In this document: one piece after another, positions 8,968 through 16,912 of the stretch
Layout of the letters: each line of letters starts with the position of its first letter
Position numbering within the stretch: the stretch's first letter is position 1
Assembly (NCBI GenBank): GCA_965204165.1
Contig: OZ241969.1
Coordinates: 4,280,735-4,344,734 of the forward strand
DNA length: 64,000 bases
Reading direction: 5' to 3'
DNA from: Candidatus Poriferihabitaceae bacterium
Lineage (GTDB): Bacteria; Pseudomonadota; Gammaproteobacteria; Arenicellales; Poriferihabitantaceae
The notes under the pieces: generated by a model
The model's input: only the letters and a program-made list of their open reading frames with translations
Told to the model about the DNA's origin: nothing
Database searches by the model: none
Made by a program: the position numbers and the translations under genes

Positions 8968-10155
8968 TCATCTCCCGCGCAGCGCGGCGACGGGATCGAG
9001 CCTCGCCGCCTGGTAGGCGGGGGAGAACCCGAACAGCACCCCGGCGGCGCCGGCAACGCCGACGCCGAGGCCCATGGCCCGGGTCGAGACCCCGAACGTC
9101 CAGCCGGTGAACTGGCAAATGCCCCAGGTCGCCGCGACCCCGGCCCCGATCCCGATGATTCCGCCGGCCGTCGACAGCATGACCGATTCGATCAGGAACT
9201 GGCTCTGGATGTCGGCGCGCCGCGCGCCGAGCGCGCGCCGGATGCCGATCTCAAGCCGCCGCTCGGTCACCGAGACCAGCATCACGTTCATCACCCCGAT
9301 CCCGCCGACGAAAAGCGAGATGCTGCCCACCGATCCCAGCAGCAGCGCGAACAGCCGGACCTGCTCGTACATGCGTTCGATCAACTCCTCGGCACTCTCC
9401 ACGCGGACGACGGGGCCGTCCGCCCCGCGCCGGAAGTAGGCGCCGATTTCCCTGGCCGCCGCGGCGTGGTGGGCGCCCTCGCTCATCCGCGCCGTGATGT
9501 CGCTGATGTCCGGCCAGGCGAATACCCGCTGCGCCGTCGTGATCGGGATGATGACGGCGCGGTCCGCATCGAAGCGCCGCATCCCCCGCGGGGTCCGCCG
9601 CAGCACGCCCACGACGGTGTAGACGGCGCCGTCGACCGTCACGGATTCGCCGACGGGGCGCTCCATGCCCGCCGCGCGCGCGGCCTGGGCAACCTCCGAG
9701 CCGATCACGCAGAAATACCGGCGGCGGTCGAGGTCCGATATGTGCCTGCCGGTTTCGAGCTGCAGCTTGTTGAGGTCCGCCAGGGCGGAGGTGGCGCCGA
9801 TGACGGACACCTCCACGGCCGCCTTGCCGGCCAGGGACGCCTGCCCGTGGGAGATCGCGTAAGGCGCCGCCCGGGCGATGCCCGGAAGCGCCGCCAGCCC
9901 CAGGGCGTCGTCCAGGGAGACGACGGAGCGGTCGCCCGCCCCGTCGCGCTGGCGCAGGGTCACGCTCAGGATGTCCGTGCCCAGTTCCCGGAACTTCGTC
10001 AGGGACTCGTCCCTGACGATGATCCCCACCGACATCATGGCGACCACCGAGCCGACGCCGACCGCGATGCCGATCAATGCGAGCAGGCTGCGCTGCCGGC
10101 CGGCGAGCAGGCTGCCCGCCGCCTCCTTCAGGTTCGCCCTGGCCAGCGCCGTCAT
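8968..10155 (-). CDS. MacB/LolC-type ABC transporter permease (FtsX fold)
   Basis: 395 aa. The N-terminal TM segment (LLALIGIAVGVGSVVAMMSVG), a large periplasmic segment and a C-terminal 3-TM FtsX-like region (RRLEIGIRRALGARRADI) are typical of the family. It overlaps the ATPase gene by 4 nt. Confidence 0.85.
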   Translation of the reverse strand: MTALARANLKEAAGSLLAGRQRSLLALIGIAVGVGSVVAMMSVGIIVRDESLTKFRELGTDILSVTLRQRDGAGDRSVVSLDDALGLAALPGIARAAPYAISHGQASLAGKAAVEVSVIGATSALADLNKLQLETGRHISDLDRRRYFCVIGSEVAQAARAAGMERPVGESVTVDGAVYTVVGVLRRTPRGMRRFDADRAVIIPITTAQRVFAWPDISDITARMSEGAHHAAAAREIGAYFRRGADGPVVRVESAEELIERMYEQVRLFALLLGSVGSISLFVGGIGVMNVMLVSVTERRLEIGIRRALGARRADIQSQFLIESVMLSTAGGIIGIGAGVAATWGICQFTGWTFGVSTRAMGLGVGVAGAAGVLFGFSPAYQAARLDPVAALRGR

Positions 10156-10886
10156 CCCGTCTCCGGCCGTCCCGTTTCCGGGGCGCCCGCCGCCTCGTCC
10201 AGCACGCCGTCGGCCATGCGGACATGCCGCGCGAACTGCCGCGCGACCTCCCGGTCGTGGGTGACGACGACGGCGGTCAGCCCCTCGGCCTCGTTCAGCC
10301 GGACGAACAGGTCCATGATCTCCCGGCCGGTTTCTGCGTCGAGCGCGCCGGTGGGCTCGTCGGCCAGCAGGATGTCCGGCTCCCCGACGAGCGCGCGGGC
10401 GATGGCGACGCGCTGCTGCTGGCCCCCCGACAGCTCGGCGGGGCGGTGATCCGCCCGGTCCCCCATGCCCAGCCTGTCCAGCATGTCCCGGGCCCGGCGG
10501 CGCATGCCCGCCGCTCCGGCGCCCCGGTATATCAGCGGAACGGCGACGTTTTCCCAGGCGGTCAGGCGCGGCAGAAGATTGAACGACTGGAATACGAAGC
10601 CGATGCTCGAATTGCGCAGGGACGACAGCTCGCTGTCGCTCATCCCGCCGGTGGCGCGCCCGTTCAGGAAGTAGGAGCCCGACGTCGGCCGGTCGAGAAG
10701 GCCGACGATGTTCATCAGCGTGGACTTGCCGCTGCCGGACGGCCCCATGATCGACACGAGATCGCCCCTGCGAACGTTGAGCCGGACCCCCCTGAGGATC
10801 TCCGTGGTAACCGGCCCGGTGACATAGCTCTTGCCGACATCCACAAGACCGAGCATGGCCGGCGCCGTTCCCGCTTCCCCGCCCAC
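10152..10886 (-). CDS. ABC transporter ATP-binding protein (MacB/LolD type)
   Basis: Walker A GPSGSGKST, signature LSGGQQQRVAIARAL, Walker B ILLADEPTGALD. The alternative start MLGLVDV lies 10 codons in. Confidence 0.9.
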   Translation of the reverse strand: MGGEAGTAPAMLGLVDVGKSYVTGPVTTEILRGVRLNVRRGDLVSIMGPSGSGKSTLMNIVGLLDRPTSGSYFLNGRATGGMSDSELSSLRNSSIGFVFQSFNLLPRLTAWENVAVPLIYRGAGAAGMRRRARDMLDRLGMGDRADHRPAELSGGQQQRVAIARALVGEPDILLADEPTGALDAETGREIMDLFVRLNEAEGLTAVVVTHDREVARQFARHVRMADGVLDEAAGAPETGRPETG

Positions 10887-10889
10887 GGC

Positions 10890-12734
10890 CTATCTCCTCG
10901 CCACCAGCACAATGTCACCGGCGGAGATTCCCTCGACGATCTCCACCGAATCCAGCGTGGTCATGCCGGCCACCACCTCGACCAGCCTGGTCTCGCCCGA
11001 TTCCCGATCCCTGACCAGGAGCCGGGGCCGCGGACCGGAAATGTCCACCGCCTCGACGGGAACCAGCAGCGCATCCGCCTTCTCGTAGACCACGACCTCG
11101 ATCCGGGCGGACATCCCGAGACGCAGCAGGCCCCGCTGCCGTTCCGTCAGGCGCTCCACCGCGGCCTCGACCTCGAAAGACGGCAGCCTGCGCTGGTCCG
11201 CGCGGGCGACGGCCTCCGAGGAAACGCGGACGACCCTGCCGTCCAGGGAAACGCCGGGAAAGGCGTCGCCGGTGATCCGCGACGGCTGGCCCGGGCGGAT
11301 GCGCGCGACGTCCACCTCGTCCACGTAACCCACCACCGTCAGCCCGTCGAGGTCGCCGATGGTCAGCAGGCGCCCTCCCTGCTCCACGGACGAACCCTTC
11401 GCCAGCCGGACGTCCCCTCCGCCCGGCCCGGCCCCTTCGCCGCGCGCCCGCTTCGGGTGCATCACCACCCCGGCGGCGGGCGCGGTCACCTCCGCCTGGC
11501 CCAGGGTCCGCTCGAGGCGCTCCAGACGGGCGCGCGCGTTGTCGAGCTCCAGCTCCGCCACCTCGCGCTCCTCCTCGCCCCTGGCCAGCACGGCCCGGAG
11601 GGTCTGTTCCGCCGACTCGTGATCGAGAAGCTGGCTGTCATATTCCCTCCTCGCGGCTTCGTGCTCCGATGCCGGGATGATGCCGCGCTCCAGGAGAAAG
11701 GCGGTTTCCGAGAGCCGGTTCTTTCGCGCCTCCAGGTGGATCCGGCTCCTGCTCACGGCCCGGCGCGCCCGCGACACCTCCACATTGCCGGACCAGCCCA
11801 CGGTCTCGTCGACCCGGTCGCGCGCCCTGATGTGGGCGACCCGCGCGTTGCGGTGGTCGATCCGGAGTTGCGCAACGTCCATCTCGACCAGCCGCTGACC
11901 CCTGACGACCCGTTCGCCGGGCTGGACAAGCACCTCCGCCACCTTCGCGGTGATCGGGCTGGTCACCTCGATTTCCCGCCTGGGCGCGATGCGTCCGATC
12001 ATCGATACCCGGACCGAAATCGGCTCCGGCTCGACCACCTGCGTGAAGAAATTCGACGGCCCGGACGGGGCCGGGCGGGAAACCGCGTCCCCGGGTCCGG
12101 TGTTCCAGAAATACAGCCCGAAGTACAGCCCGACCGAGACGAACACCACAACCGCCGCGACCGCCGCGATGGCACGGACGGTGCGGAATCTCCTCGAGGC
12201 CGTGCCCAGCCTGAGGTTCGTCTCTTCCAGGTGGCGGTAGGCTTCCCGAAGTTCGGCGTGCTTCGCCTCCATCTCCCTGGCCATGCGGAGCTCGCCCTCG
12301 CGCAGTTCCTTGACTTCCGTGATGTCGCTGAAGACCGCGACGACGCCGATCCTGACAATCTCGCCGCCGCGCCGCTCGGTCAGATACCTGGTCGCGAGGG
12401 ACAGCGACCGCTTGGCGCCCCCCGAACCCGCTTCGACCACCCGCTGATGGACCGCGGAGAAGTCGTGGACGGCATCGAGGATCGCATCGCTGAACTCGTC
12501 CATGTCCTCGTTCCGGGCGAGGACATCGGCGAACGTGCGCCCCACGACCGCCTCGCTGGACAGGCCCAGAATCTCCGCCGCCGCCGGGTTCAGACTCGTG
12601 ATGACCCCGCCGGTGTCAAGGGACAGCACCCCGCTCGCCACGGTGTCCAGCACGTTCCGGTAGATCGGATCGAACCCGGCCGGCAACTCCGCCCCGGGCA
12701 TGATCCGCTTCAGTTTCGTCCGCTCCTCGCTCAT
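10890..12734 (-). CDS. PAS-domain-fused HlyD/MacA-type periplasmic adaptor (membrane fusion protein)
   Basis: N-terminal PAS pattern: VLSLDTGGVITSLNPAAAEILGL...VGRTFADVL...VAVFSDITEVKELRE. This is followed by one TM segment (AIAAVAAVVVFVSVGLYFGLYFW), then a HlyD-like lipoyl/coiled-coil/beta-barrel sequence. Confidence 0.8.
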   Translation of the reverse strand: MSEERTKLKRIMPGAELPAGFDPIYRNVLDTVASGVLSLDTGGVITSLNPAAAEILGLSSEAVVGRTFADVLARNEDMDEFSDAILDAVHDFSAVHQRVVEAGSGGAKRSLSLATRYLTERRGGEIVRIGVVAVFSDITEVKELREGELRMAREMEAKHAELREAYRHLEETNLRLGTASRRFRTVRAIAAVAAVVVFVSVGLYFGLYFWNTGPGDAVSRPAPSGPSNFFTQVVEPEPISVRVSMIGRIAPRREIEVTSPITAKVAEVLVQPGERVVRGQRLVEMDVAQLRIDHRNARVAHIRARDRVDETVGWSGNVEVSRARRAVSRSRIHLEARKNRLSETAFLLERGIIPASEHEAARREYDSQLLDHESAEQTLRAVLARGEEEREVAELELDNARARLERLERTLGQAEVTAPAAGVVMHPKRARGEGAGPGGGDVRLAKGSSVEQGGRLLTIGDLDGLTVVGYVDEVDVARIRPGQPSRITGDAFPGVSLDGRVVRVSSEAVARADQRRLPSFEVEAAVERLTERQRGLLRLGMSARIEVVVYEKADALLVPVEAVDISGPRPRLLVRDRESGETRLVEVVAGMTTLDSVEIVEGISAGDIVLVARR

Positions 12735-14329
12735 CGGCCGGTCCCGCTTTCCGCCTCGACGATCCGGATGCCCCGGCTCTCCAGGGTCGTGCCCAGGACC
12801 CGGTCCAGCGATGCCAGTGCGCCGAGGTGGGAAATCGCCGCGTCCAGCTCCCCGTTCTCCGCCGCCACCAGGTCGTCCTCGAACTCCGCCAGGCGGAAAT
12901 TCGACGACAGCCCCACGCGAAGCTTCTCGCGCTCGATCTCCGTTTTCTCCTCCGCCAGCTCCCGGACCGAGCGCGCCAGCTCGATCTGCCGCTCCGACCG
13001 TTCCACTTCCCGAACCGCGCCGCTCACCTCGATGTCGACCCGCTGGCGCAGGTCCATGAGATCGTTGTGCGCCTTCCTCAGGCCGATCGCCGCCTCGAGA
13101 TGCTTCTTCTCCCCGGGATCCACCGCCGCGGGCCCCAGCGGAACCTTGAGTTCCAGCCTCACGCCGTAGTCGGTGTTCCGGAATCGCCCCGCCGCCGCGA
13201 AAACGTCATCGCCGGCATGGCCGAAGCTTGCCGTCACGGACGCGGACAGATCCCAGAGACGCTCGTTCCCGGCCACCATGACGCGGCTTTCCGCGTTCCG
13301 CACGCCAAGCAGCGCCCGCAGGTAATCCGGGCGGTTCCGCAGGGCCGCCCCGACCCCGCCGGCCGCGTCAGGCCGTTTCGATTCCGGCCTGTCCAGGAGG
13401 TCGGCAAGCCTGTCGGCGGGGCGAAACCGGGTTCCTTCGTCGATGTCGAGGATGTCGGCCATCGCAAGGCGCGCGGCGTCAAGGGCGTTGCGCGTCGCGA
13501 TCAGCTCCAGCTCCCGCTTCGCGATGTCGGCCTCGGTCTGCACGATGTCGCGTCTCGCCATGCGGCCCGTCCGCACCAGTTCCTCATTCACCGCAAGGAG
13601 GTCCCGGGCGCGGCGCAGCGACTCGGCATGGATCTCCACCCGGCGCGCCGCCTGCATGTGGGCAAGGTATCTCCCGATCACCGAGGAGACGATGTCGATC
13701 ATCGCCTGCTTCAGCGCGAGAACGTTGGATTCCTCCGTGCGGCGGGCGATCTCTACCGGCGCACTGTTGACCCCGATGCCCGCCCCGCGCAGCAGCGGCT
13801 GCCTGAACGTGAACCGCAACTCGCCGGAATAGCGTTCGGACGACGGGACGCCGTCACCGGCGCCCCCGACGCTCCACCGCACGCCGAACGCTCCACCGGT
13901 GCGCACGGGCAGCGTGACCGACGTCGACACGCCGGCCCTGGTGACGTCGGCGCCCGGATCGATGCCGGTCCGCTCGGCATACGGGCCGACCGTGACATGC
14001 GGGCGGAACCGGTTTTCGGAAACCCGGAGGGAAAACCGCTGGACCTCGCGGTCCAGCCGCGCATTGACCAGCCGGCGGTTGTTCTTCAGGGCGAATGAAA
14101 TGGCCCCCTCGAGAGTGAGGCGAAGATCCCCGCGCGCCCCGGGCCCGTTCCCGAGCGCCTGGCCGGACACCGTGAGCGCGACTGCGAATATCGCCAGGCC
14201 GGCGGCGGAAAGGGATCGGGCGGTCCATCGCCGAGGGGCTCCGGCCGGGCCGGCCGGGCCGGCCGGGCCTCCCGCGCCAGCGTGCCCGGCATTGGCGCCT
14301 TGCGGGCGCGCCGCGCCGGCGGCGTTCAT
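12731..14329 (-). CDS. TolC-family outer-membrane efflux protein; start uncertain, since the ORF stays open through the 8-bp repeat up to ATG 14593
   Basis: OEP-type sequence: LTLEGAISFALKNNRRLVNARLD... with two repeat halves. The signal-like segment SLSAAGLAIFAVALTVSGQALG lies about 40 aa after ATG 14329. Confidence 0.8.
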   Translation of the reverse strand: MNAAGAARPQGANAGHAGAGGPAGPAGPAGAPRRWTARSLSAAGLAIFAVALTVSGQALGNGPGARGDLRLTLEGAISFALKNNRRLVNARLDREVQRFSLRVSENRFRPHVTVGPYAERTGIDPGADVTRAGVSTSVTLPVRTGGAFGVRWSVGGAGDGVPSSERYSGELRFTFRQPLLRGAGIGVNSAPVEIARRTEESNVLALKQAMIDIVSSVIGRYLAHMQAARRVEIHAESLRRARDLLAVNEELVRTGRMARRDIVQTEADIAKRELELIATRNALDAARLAMADILDIDEGTRFRPADRLADLLDRPESKRPDAAGGVGAALRNRPDYLRALLGVRNAESRVMVAGNERLWDLSASVTASFGHAGDDVFAAAGRFRNTDYGVRLELKVPLGPAAVDPGEKKHLEAAIGLRKAHNDLMDLRQRVDIEVSGAVREVERSERQIELARSVRELAEEKTEIEREKLRVGLSSNFRLAEFEDDLVAAENGELDAAISHLGALASLDRVLGTTLESRGIRIVEAESGTGR

Positions 14330-14351
14330 CCGGGGGCGCACACGCGCGATT

Positions 14352-14560
14352 CCGCTGGGCCGCTGGGCCGCTGGGCCGCTGGGCCGCTGGGCCGCTGGGC
14401 CGCTGGGCCGCTGGGCCGCTGGGCCGCTGGGCCGCTGGGCCGCTGGGCCGCTGGGCCGCTGGGCCGCTGGGCCGCTGGGCCGCTGGGCCGCTGGGCCGCT
14501 GGGCCGCTGGGCCGCTGGGCCGCTGGGCCGCTGGGCCGCTGGGCCGCTGGGCCGCTGGGC
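14352..14560. repeat. 8-bp microsatellite CCGCTGGG x26
   Basis: Perfect tandem units counted directly (209 nt). All three minus-strand frames read (AAQRPSGP)n without stops, as shown by ORFs 12731..14593, 13854..14792 and 14326..14562. Confidence 0.95.
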
Positions 14561-15031
14561 AAGGCATTCTATCGGCTCCGTCCGACCTGTCAACTCCCTC
14601 CCGTGACCTTATTCTTCCCTTATCCGGGACGGCGGAATCCACCGGCATGACCAGGGCATTACCGGCCATCGAAGCCGGGTATCGTGCGCCTTCCACTTCC
14701 ATTCCCGGGCTTTTGCCTGGTGCAGTGTGGCTCGACATTTCCGATTCTCCGGGTTGGTGGATCCAGGCGTCTCCGCGGACATCGGCACCCACGTTCGCAT
14801 CCCCGTAACCGCCTTATGCAGCCGGACGCCGGAAGCGCCGCTCCCGCGAACCCATGGCGGCGACGGGACGGCACTGTCCGTCATGCCGGAACATAACCGA
14901 ATGATTGTGAGTTAATTGTGTTTGTTCTGACCCGGATAGTGAGGATTTGGGGCGGCGAAAACCGGCGGCAGCAATCCAGCCGATGGTCTGCAGGGCCGGC
15001 GCCGGCGTCAATGTCGGGCCGGGGGAATCGG

Positions 15032-15197
15032 TGATTTGACTCACATGATCCCGGTAAAAATCCATGAGCATGCGTATCCTTGCCGAGCCAGTCCTCGAAC
15101 TCCCGCATGACCCTAATCCGTGTCTGTGGAACTTACAACCCCAGGCAGCCAGGGCGCATGCTACACTCGATTCACCGAGGTCAGCCAAGGTACTTCA
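15032..15197. repeat. imperfect direct repeat, copy B (degenerate gene-end fragment with stops)
   Basis: Same conserved blocks as 6982..7170. Minus-strand frames give ...IRVMREFEDWLGKDTHAHGFLP here, against ...LRLLRAFKERRGKAAHAHGFLP in copy A. Confidence 0.6.
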
Positions 15198-15208
15198 TGA
15201 ATTTGGAG

Positions 15209-15245
15209 CCCCCCCGCCGGTGAACACCACGGGGGGATTTTTTTC
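15209..15245 (+). terminator. intrinsic-terminator-like hairpin plus T-tract
   Basis: CCCCCCGCCGGTGAACACCACGGGGGG followed by ATTTTTTT. Confidence 0.5.
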
Positions 15246-15284
15246 CGGGATTCCTTCTTTATCCCGAACGCTCTGCCCTTCCGG

Positions 15285-15303
15285 TATAATCGCGCCCGCC
15301 CCG
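15285..15303 (+). promoter_or_regulatory. conserved box 1: TATAAT followed by CGCGCCCGCCCC
   Basis: One of four same-strand copies of a -10-like hexamer followed by a CGCCCGCCC-type G+C-rich block. Confidence 0.3.
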
Positions 15304-15327
15304 GATCGTCTCCCGGGGTGGTTTTTA
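15299..15327 (+). terminator. hairpin CCCCGG-N8-CCGGGG plus TGGTTTTT
   Basis: 6-bp G/C stem and a T5 run, read directly. It overlaps the G+C block of box 1. Confidence 0.4.
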
Positions 15328-15345
15328 TCCTGATTCAAATTACCG

Positions 15346-15380
15346 CCCCGCAGGCAACCTCGCTTCGCGGGGTGTTTTTG
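15346..15380 (+). terminator. hairpin CCCCGC-N15-GCGGGG plus TGTTTTT
   Basis: Read directly from the sequence. Confidence 0.5.
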
Positions 15381-15440
15381 TGTTCCCTCTCGCCGTTCGT
15401 TTTTCCGTTTTTCCGGCCGCGGCAGGAACTGCCGGGGTTC

Positions 15441-15461
15441 TGGTAGAATCCGCCCGCGCCC
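15441..15461 (+). promoter_or_regulatory. conserved box 2: TGGTAGAAT (extended -10-like) followed by CCGCCCGCGCCC
   Basis: TGnTAnAAT followed by a G+C-rich block, 159 bp downstream of box 1. Confidence 0.3.
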
Positions 15462-15590
15462 GGCCTGCCGTCAGCCCTTTCTCCGAGGGACCACGGGGCG
15501 GCAGTGTCCGGGCGCACGGCGGCAGTGTGCAGGCCGTGCGCACAGGAAATCACCGGCCCGGCTGTTCTCCATCATCTCCATCGGCCCTCG

Positions 15591-15612
15591 TGATAGACTC
15601 CGCCCGCCCTCC
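15591..15612 (+). promoter_or_regulatory. conserved box 3: TGATAGACT followed by CCGCCCGCCCTCC
   Basis: Same motif, 150 bp downstream of box 2. Confidence 0.3.
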
Positions 15613-15675
15613 AGAGGGCGATACCTGAAATGAGATTTGGATATACCCGCCGGGCAACCCCGGCGGGGCTTTTTC
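15606..15675 (+). ncRNA. candidate ~70-nt small RNA (box 3 to terminator)
   Basis: Bounded by promoter-like box 3 and the hairpin CCCGCCGGG-CAA-CCCGGCGGG plus GCTTTTT. No ORF. Purely structural inference. Confidence 0.2.
15646..15675 (+). terminator. 9-bp G/C hairpin plus T-tract
   Basis: CCCGCCGGGCAACCCGGCGGGGCTTTTT, read directly. Confidence 0.55.
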
Positions 15676-15712
15676 CAGTCTTTTTCCGGCCTTTTTCCGG
15701 CCTTTTTCCGTG
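15669..15712. repeat. 11-bp tandem repeat CTTTTTCCGGC x4 (outer units variant)
   Basis: CTTTTTCCAGT CTTTTTCCGGC CTTTTTCCGGC CTTTTTCCGTG, giving T5 tracts phased at 11 bp. Confidence 0.85.
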
Positions 15713-15806
15713 CATGTTCCGATCCGCGCCGCACGGGCCAGAATCGCGGGCATCCATCCCATCGTCCGATACCGGGGCAAACCAAGCCCCATGGTGGCCA
15801 TGGGCG

Positions 15807-15828
15807 TGTTACACTCGGCCCGCCCCGG
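15807..15828 (+). promoter_or_regulatory. conserved box 4: TGTTACACT followed by CGGCCCGCCCC
   Basis: Same motif class as boxes 1-3. Confidence 0.3.
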
Positions 15829-15916
15829 TCATCGGCCAGGGTACGATTTCATTGGTATGCGGAATTGGTATGCGGAATTGAAGACCTCCGTCGGAAGGCC
15901 GTCGGGGGTCTTTTCT
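15822..15916 (+). ncRNA. candidate ~95-nt small RNA (box 4 to terminator), containing a 13-bp tandem repeat
   Basis: Bounded by box 4 and the hairpin at 15883-15910 plus TTTTCT. It contains ATTGGTATGCGGA x2.3 (15851-15880). Inference only. Confidence 0.2.
15883..15916 (+). terminator. 12-bp imperfect hairpin plus T-tract
   Basis: GACCTCCGTCGG-AAGG-CCGTCGGGGGTC followed by TTTTCT. Confidence 0.55.
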
Positions 15917-16579
15917 GCTGTATCGGCCGGATCCTCCCGGCGATACCGGTGGAATCCACCGCGCCGGAGCGGGACATTCCCGGCCGTACGCCATACCGTT
16001 TTCAGGGACCCTCCATGGAAATTCTCTTCGCCGTTCCCTTCGCCCTGCTCTGGGGGATTCTCCAGGAAGCCAGGCACCTGTTGCTGACCCATTATCCCGG
16101 CGACGTCCCGCCGCCTCCCCTCGACCATGTCACCCAGGACGACGTCTGGGCCTGGGAAGTGGCGATCTTCGACCGGATGCTGGCACGGCCCGCGGCGGAA
16201 CACATCATCTTCTCCCTGAGGTAGTGCGCCGCGGGCGGGAGGCCCGTCTCCGGCGATCGCGGCGGACTCCGCCAGCCCCTCGGGGGCTGCCCTTGCGGGG
16301 CATCATGGAACAGTGGGCCGGGCCCGGATGGTGAGCGGACGCGGCATGATGTCCCGCGGCGCTGCCGGCCCATGCTCCGCGGCCATGTCCATGGCAATGC
16401 CCGCCTGAATTTCCCACCTGCGCCATCAAGCACGGCCCGGTCATGAACCAAAAAAAGTTCGTGGATCGGCCGGAAGCGGGTTGGCGCGCGGGGGACCGGA
16501 GAGAGAATCCTCCGGTCTTCTCTCCATCCCGTGCGCTTCCCGCTTCCGATTTTCCATCCCCAGCAGGAGGTTCATCACC

Positions 16580-16903
16580 ATGCACGACTCCATCAGGGCG
16601 CCCGGCCAGGGCGCGCAGACATTCCTCGTCCACCTACTCGGCGGCGGCCTCGCCGACATCCGCTACGCGGTCACCCATTTCCGTTCCCGGGCCGACGGCG
16701 ACATCGTCCCCGTCCATCCCGAGGGCTCCACCGGCAAGGGCAGGCCCCGGCCCTCGATCATGACCCTGGACAAGGTCCGGGAACTCTGCCCGGGACGGGA
16801 CGAGATCATCATCGCGACCGGGATCGAGCGGCGCGACTGCGGCATGCAGGCCTGGGGCATCCGCGCCAGCGGCATCGGCTACGACCGCCGCCTCAAGGGC
16901 TGA
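16580..16903 (+). CDS. hypothetical protein (107 aa)
   Basis: ATG preceded by AGGAGG. It lies immediately upstream of the zinc-ribbon repeat gene. No recognisable motif. Confidence 0.4.
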   Translation: MHDSIRAPGQGAQTFLVHLLGGGLADIRYAVTHFRSRADGDIVPVHPEGSTGKGRPRPSIMTLDKVRELCPGRDEIIIATGIERRDCGMQAWGIRASGIGYDRRLKG

Positions 16904-16912
16904 GCGGGGACC

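Noticed and set aside
10077-13169. 1,030-aa ORF on the + strand
   Set aside because: It runs antisense to the well-supported ABC ATPase, PAS-HlyD and TolC genes. Its Arg/Pro/Gly-rich composition is typical of shadow ORFs in high-G+C DNA.
14352-14560. Possible CRISPR array
   Set aside because: Units are 8 bp and directly abutting with no spacers, so this is a microsatellite and not a CRISPR. No cas genes are present.
15637-16224. 195-aa ORF spanning the promoter-box/terminator region
   Set aside because: It reads through two terminator hairpins and the 11-bp repeat with low-complexity translation. Only its last ~69 codons (from ATG 16015) could conceivably be real, and there is no support for that.
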